Shown here in pieces: positions 62,957 through 64,000 of a stretch of DNA of 64,000 nucleotides. Below the pieces are notes generated by a model. That model was not told the origin of the DNA. It saw nothing but the letters and a program-made list of their open reading frames with translations, and did not search any database. The translations under genes and the position numbers were made by a program. Source of the stretch: Vicugna vicugna. Taxonomy: Eukaryota. The stretch is from positions 1,626,960 to 1,690,959 of the forward strand of contig MU059403.1 in the NCBI GenBank assembly GCA_013265495.1, in the 5' to 3' direction. Each line of letters opens with the position of its first letter. Position 1 is the stretch's first letter.

Positions 62957-64000
62957 GTGGCTGGAGCATCCATGGCGTTCCCTCAACACGTGGGAGACTC
63001 CCTCACCAAAAAGCAATTAAAAACCAAAAACAAAACACATAGTATTTGCACTTTGTACTTTAACTGTAAATTCACTTTGTAGAAATGAGATATTTAAACA
63101 GACTGCTTTCATCTGTGAAAACGGAAGGGCTGGCTTCAGAAAATTAACCACATACAATGTATGTGTCCTCCTGTGACCTTCAAAATCTGTAGTTGGTGGA
63201 GATGTATTTGAAATGGATTCAAGCTTAATTTCTTCATCCGACACGTGTTAACGTAGCAGAAACCTTAGCCTCAGGGGCCCCGGCTCCAGCCCTGAGCCCC
63301 CCCCCCACTAGGGGTCCTGCCAGGTTTGCTTCGGAATCAACTGTCCCGACAGCATTGCTGAACGGGTGCTGGAAGCGTTGATTCCGGAGAGGTTTGGGAT
63401 CTACAGCCGTTCTCATCACGCAGTTCACACGCACATGGGTTTGTCTGCTTCTTGGGGTTCCGTGTTGACTTGTTTTGTTCCGCTTTTCCCGAGCTCTCCC
63501 TCCCCCCGTGAGCTGGCCAACCACTATGCAGTCTTTACAGGGAGCTCCCTGGAAGAGAAGAGTATTTTTCAAGCTGTTTGTGGAAGAGTTGGTGCTGGCT
63601 TTTCCACTTCAGGCTTCTGTTTGAGTTGTGCCTTGGGCGCAGATTATTCACGCAGTAAAATGCTCCAGAATTAATTCTGCATCCAGAGGCAGCGTAAAGC
63701 GGCCTGTCATTCAGAAAAGCAAATTTAATCATGACCTGACCAAGCCAGCTAAACGCGCTTGTCAGCCTGCTTTCACTTGGACGCCCGGCCCCTGCCCATC
63801 CTACCGTGGTCCCCGGGGGTCCGCTGGGAGGTAAAACTAGGCCCTGAGCAAACTCTGAGCAGCCTCCTCAGAGGAGGCACAGCCAGGATAAGCTGTGCTG
63901 GGTGTTGGTCTTGGCCGCCAGGGACAAGTGCCCGTGGTCCCCTGCGTCCCCTCGTGCTCCTGGAAGTCATCTGAGTAGGGCATGAGAGGGACGGGTGGAG
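62957..64000 (+). other. SMOC2: SMOC2 3'UTR (probably continues past the window end)
   Basis: Directly follows the TAA stop. No canonical AATAAA seen in this stretch, only ATTAAA at 63016-63021, so the transcript end is uncertain. Confidence 0.7.
63045..63054 (+). promoter_or_regulatory. Overlapping miRNA seed-match site (miR-19, miR-130/301, miR-17/20/93/106 families)
   Basis: TTTGCACTTT contains TTTGCAC (63045-63051), TTGCACT (63046-63052) and GCACTTT (63048-63054), the 7mer-m8 complements of these seeds, in an AU-rich context about 90 nt after the stop. Confidence 0.6.

Noticed and set aside
1-64000. CRISPR arrays, operons or other prokaryotic-type systems
   Set aside because: The sequence is a spliced mammalian locus. 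There are no regularly spaced repeat-spacer arrays or dense gene clusters.

Overview
Mammalian genomic DNA, most likely from a camelid (alpaca, llama or camel), judged from three tRNA-Ala-derived Vic-1-type SINEs. The window holds the 3' half of SMOC2 on the + strand. Six coding exons, equivalent to human exons 8-13, lie at 22565-22751, 28521-28603, 52389-52488, 54544-54818, 60786-60823 and 62939-62956. All five introns between them are GT-AG with matching phases. Spliced, they give one open frame encoding the second thyroglobulin type-1 domain, the EF-hand (EC) domain and the C-terminus ...NRQPRKQG*, followed by about 1 kb of 3'UTR. Bases 1-22564 are the distal part of the preceding large intron, and I found no upstream exon there. 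The rest is GC- and CpG-rich intron containing antisense L1 fragments, SINEs, MaLR LTR and MIR relics, three CpG-island-like blocks, a 97-N assembly gap and two near-perfect tandem duplications (141 and 474 bp). Nearly all entries in the ORF track are GC-richness or repeat artefacts. I found no convincing new multi-gene system. The best leads are: (1) a lineage-specific antisense SINE just upstream of the last exon that could supply an in-frame alternative acceptor and a hydrophobic 118-aa C-terminus; (2) patchy AT-to-GC conversion inside old L1 copies, resembling GC-biased gene conversion; (3) the 474-bp duplication with a 20-bp palindrome; (4) a recurring back-to-back forkhead motif; and (5) an overlapping miR-17/19/130 seed site in the 3'UTR. 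Exon numbering, orthologue comparisons and repeat family names come from my recollection of known sequences, not from database searches. Repeat boundaries are approximate.
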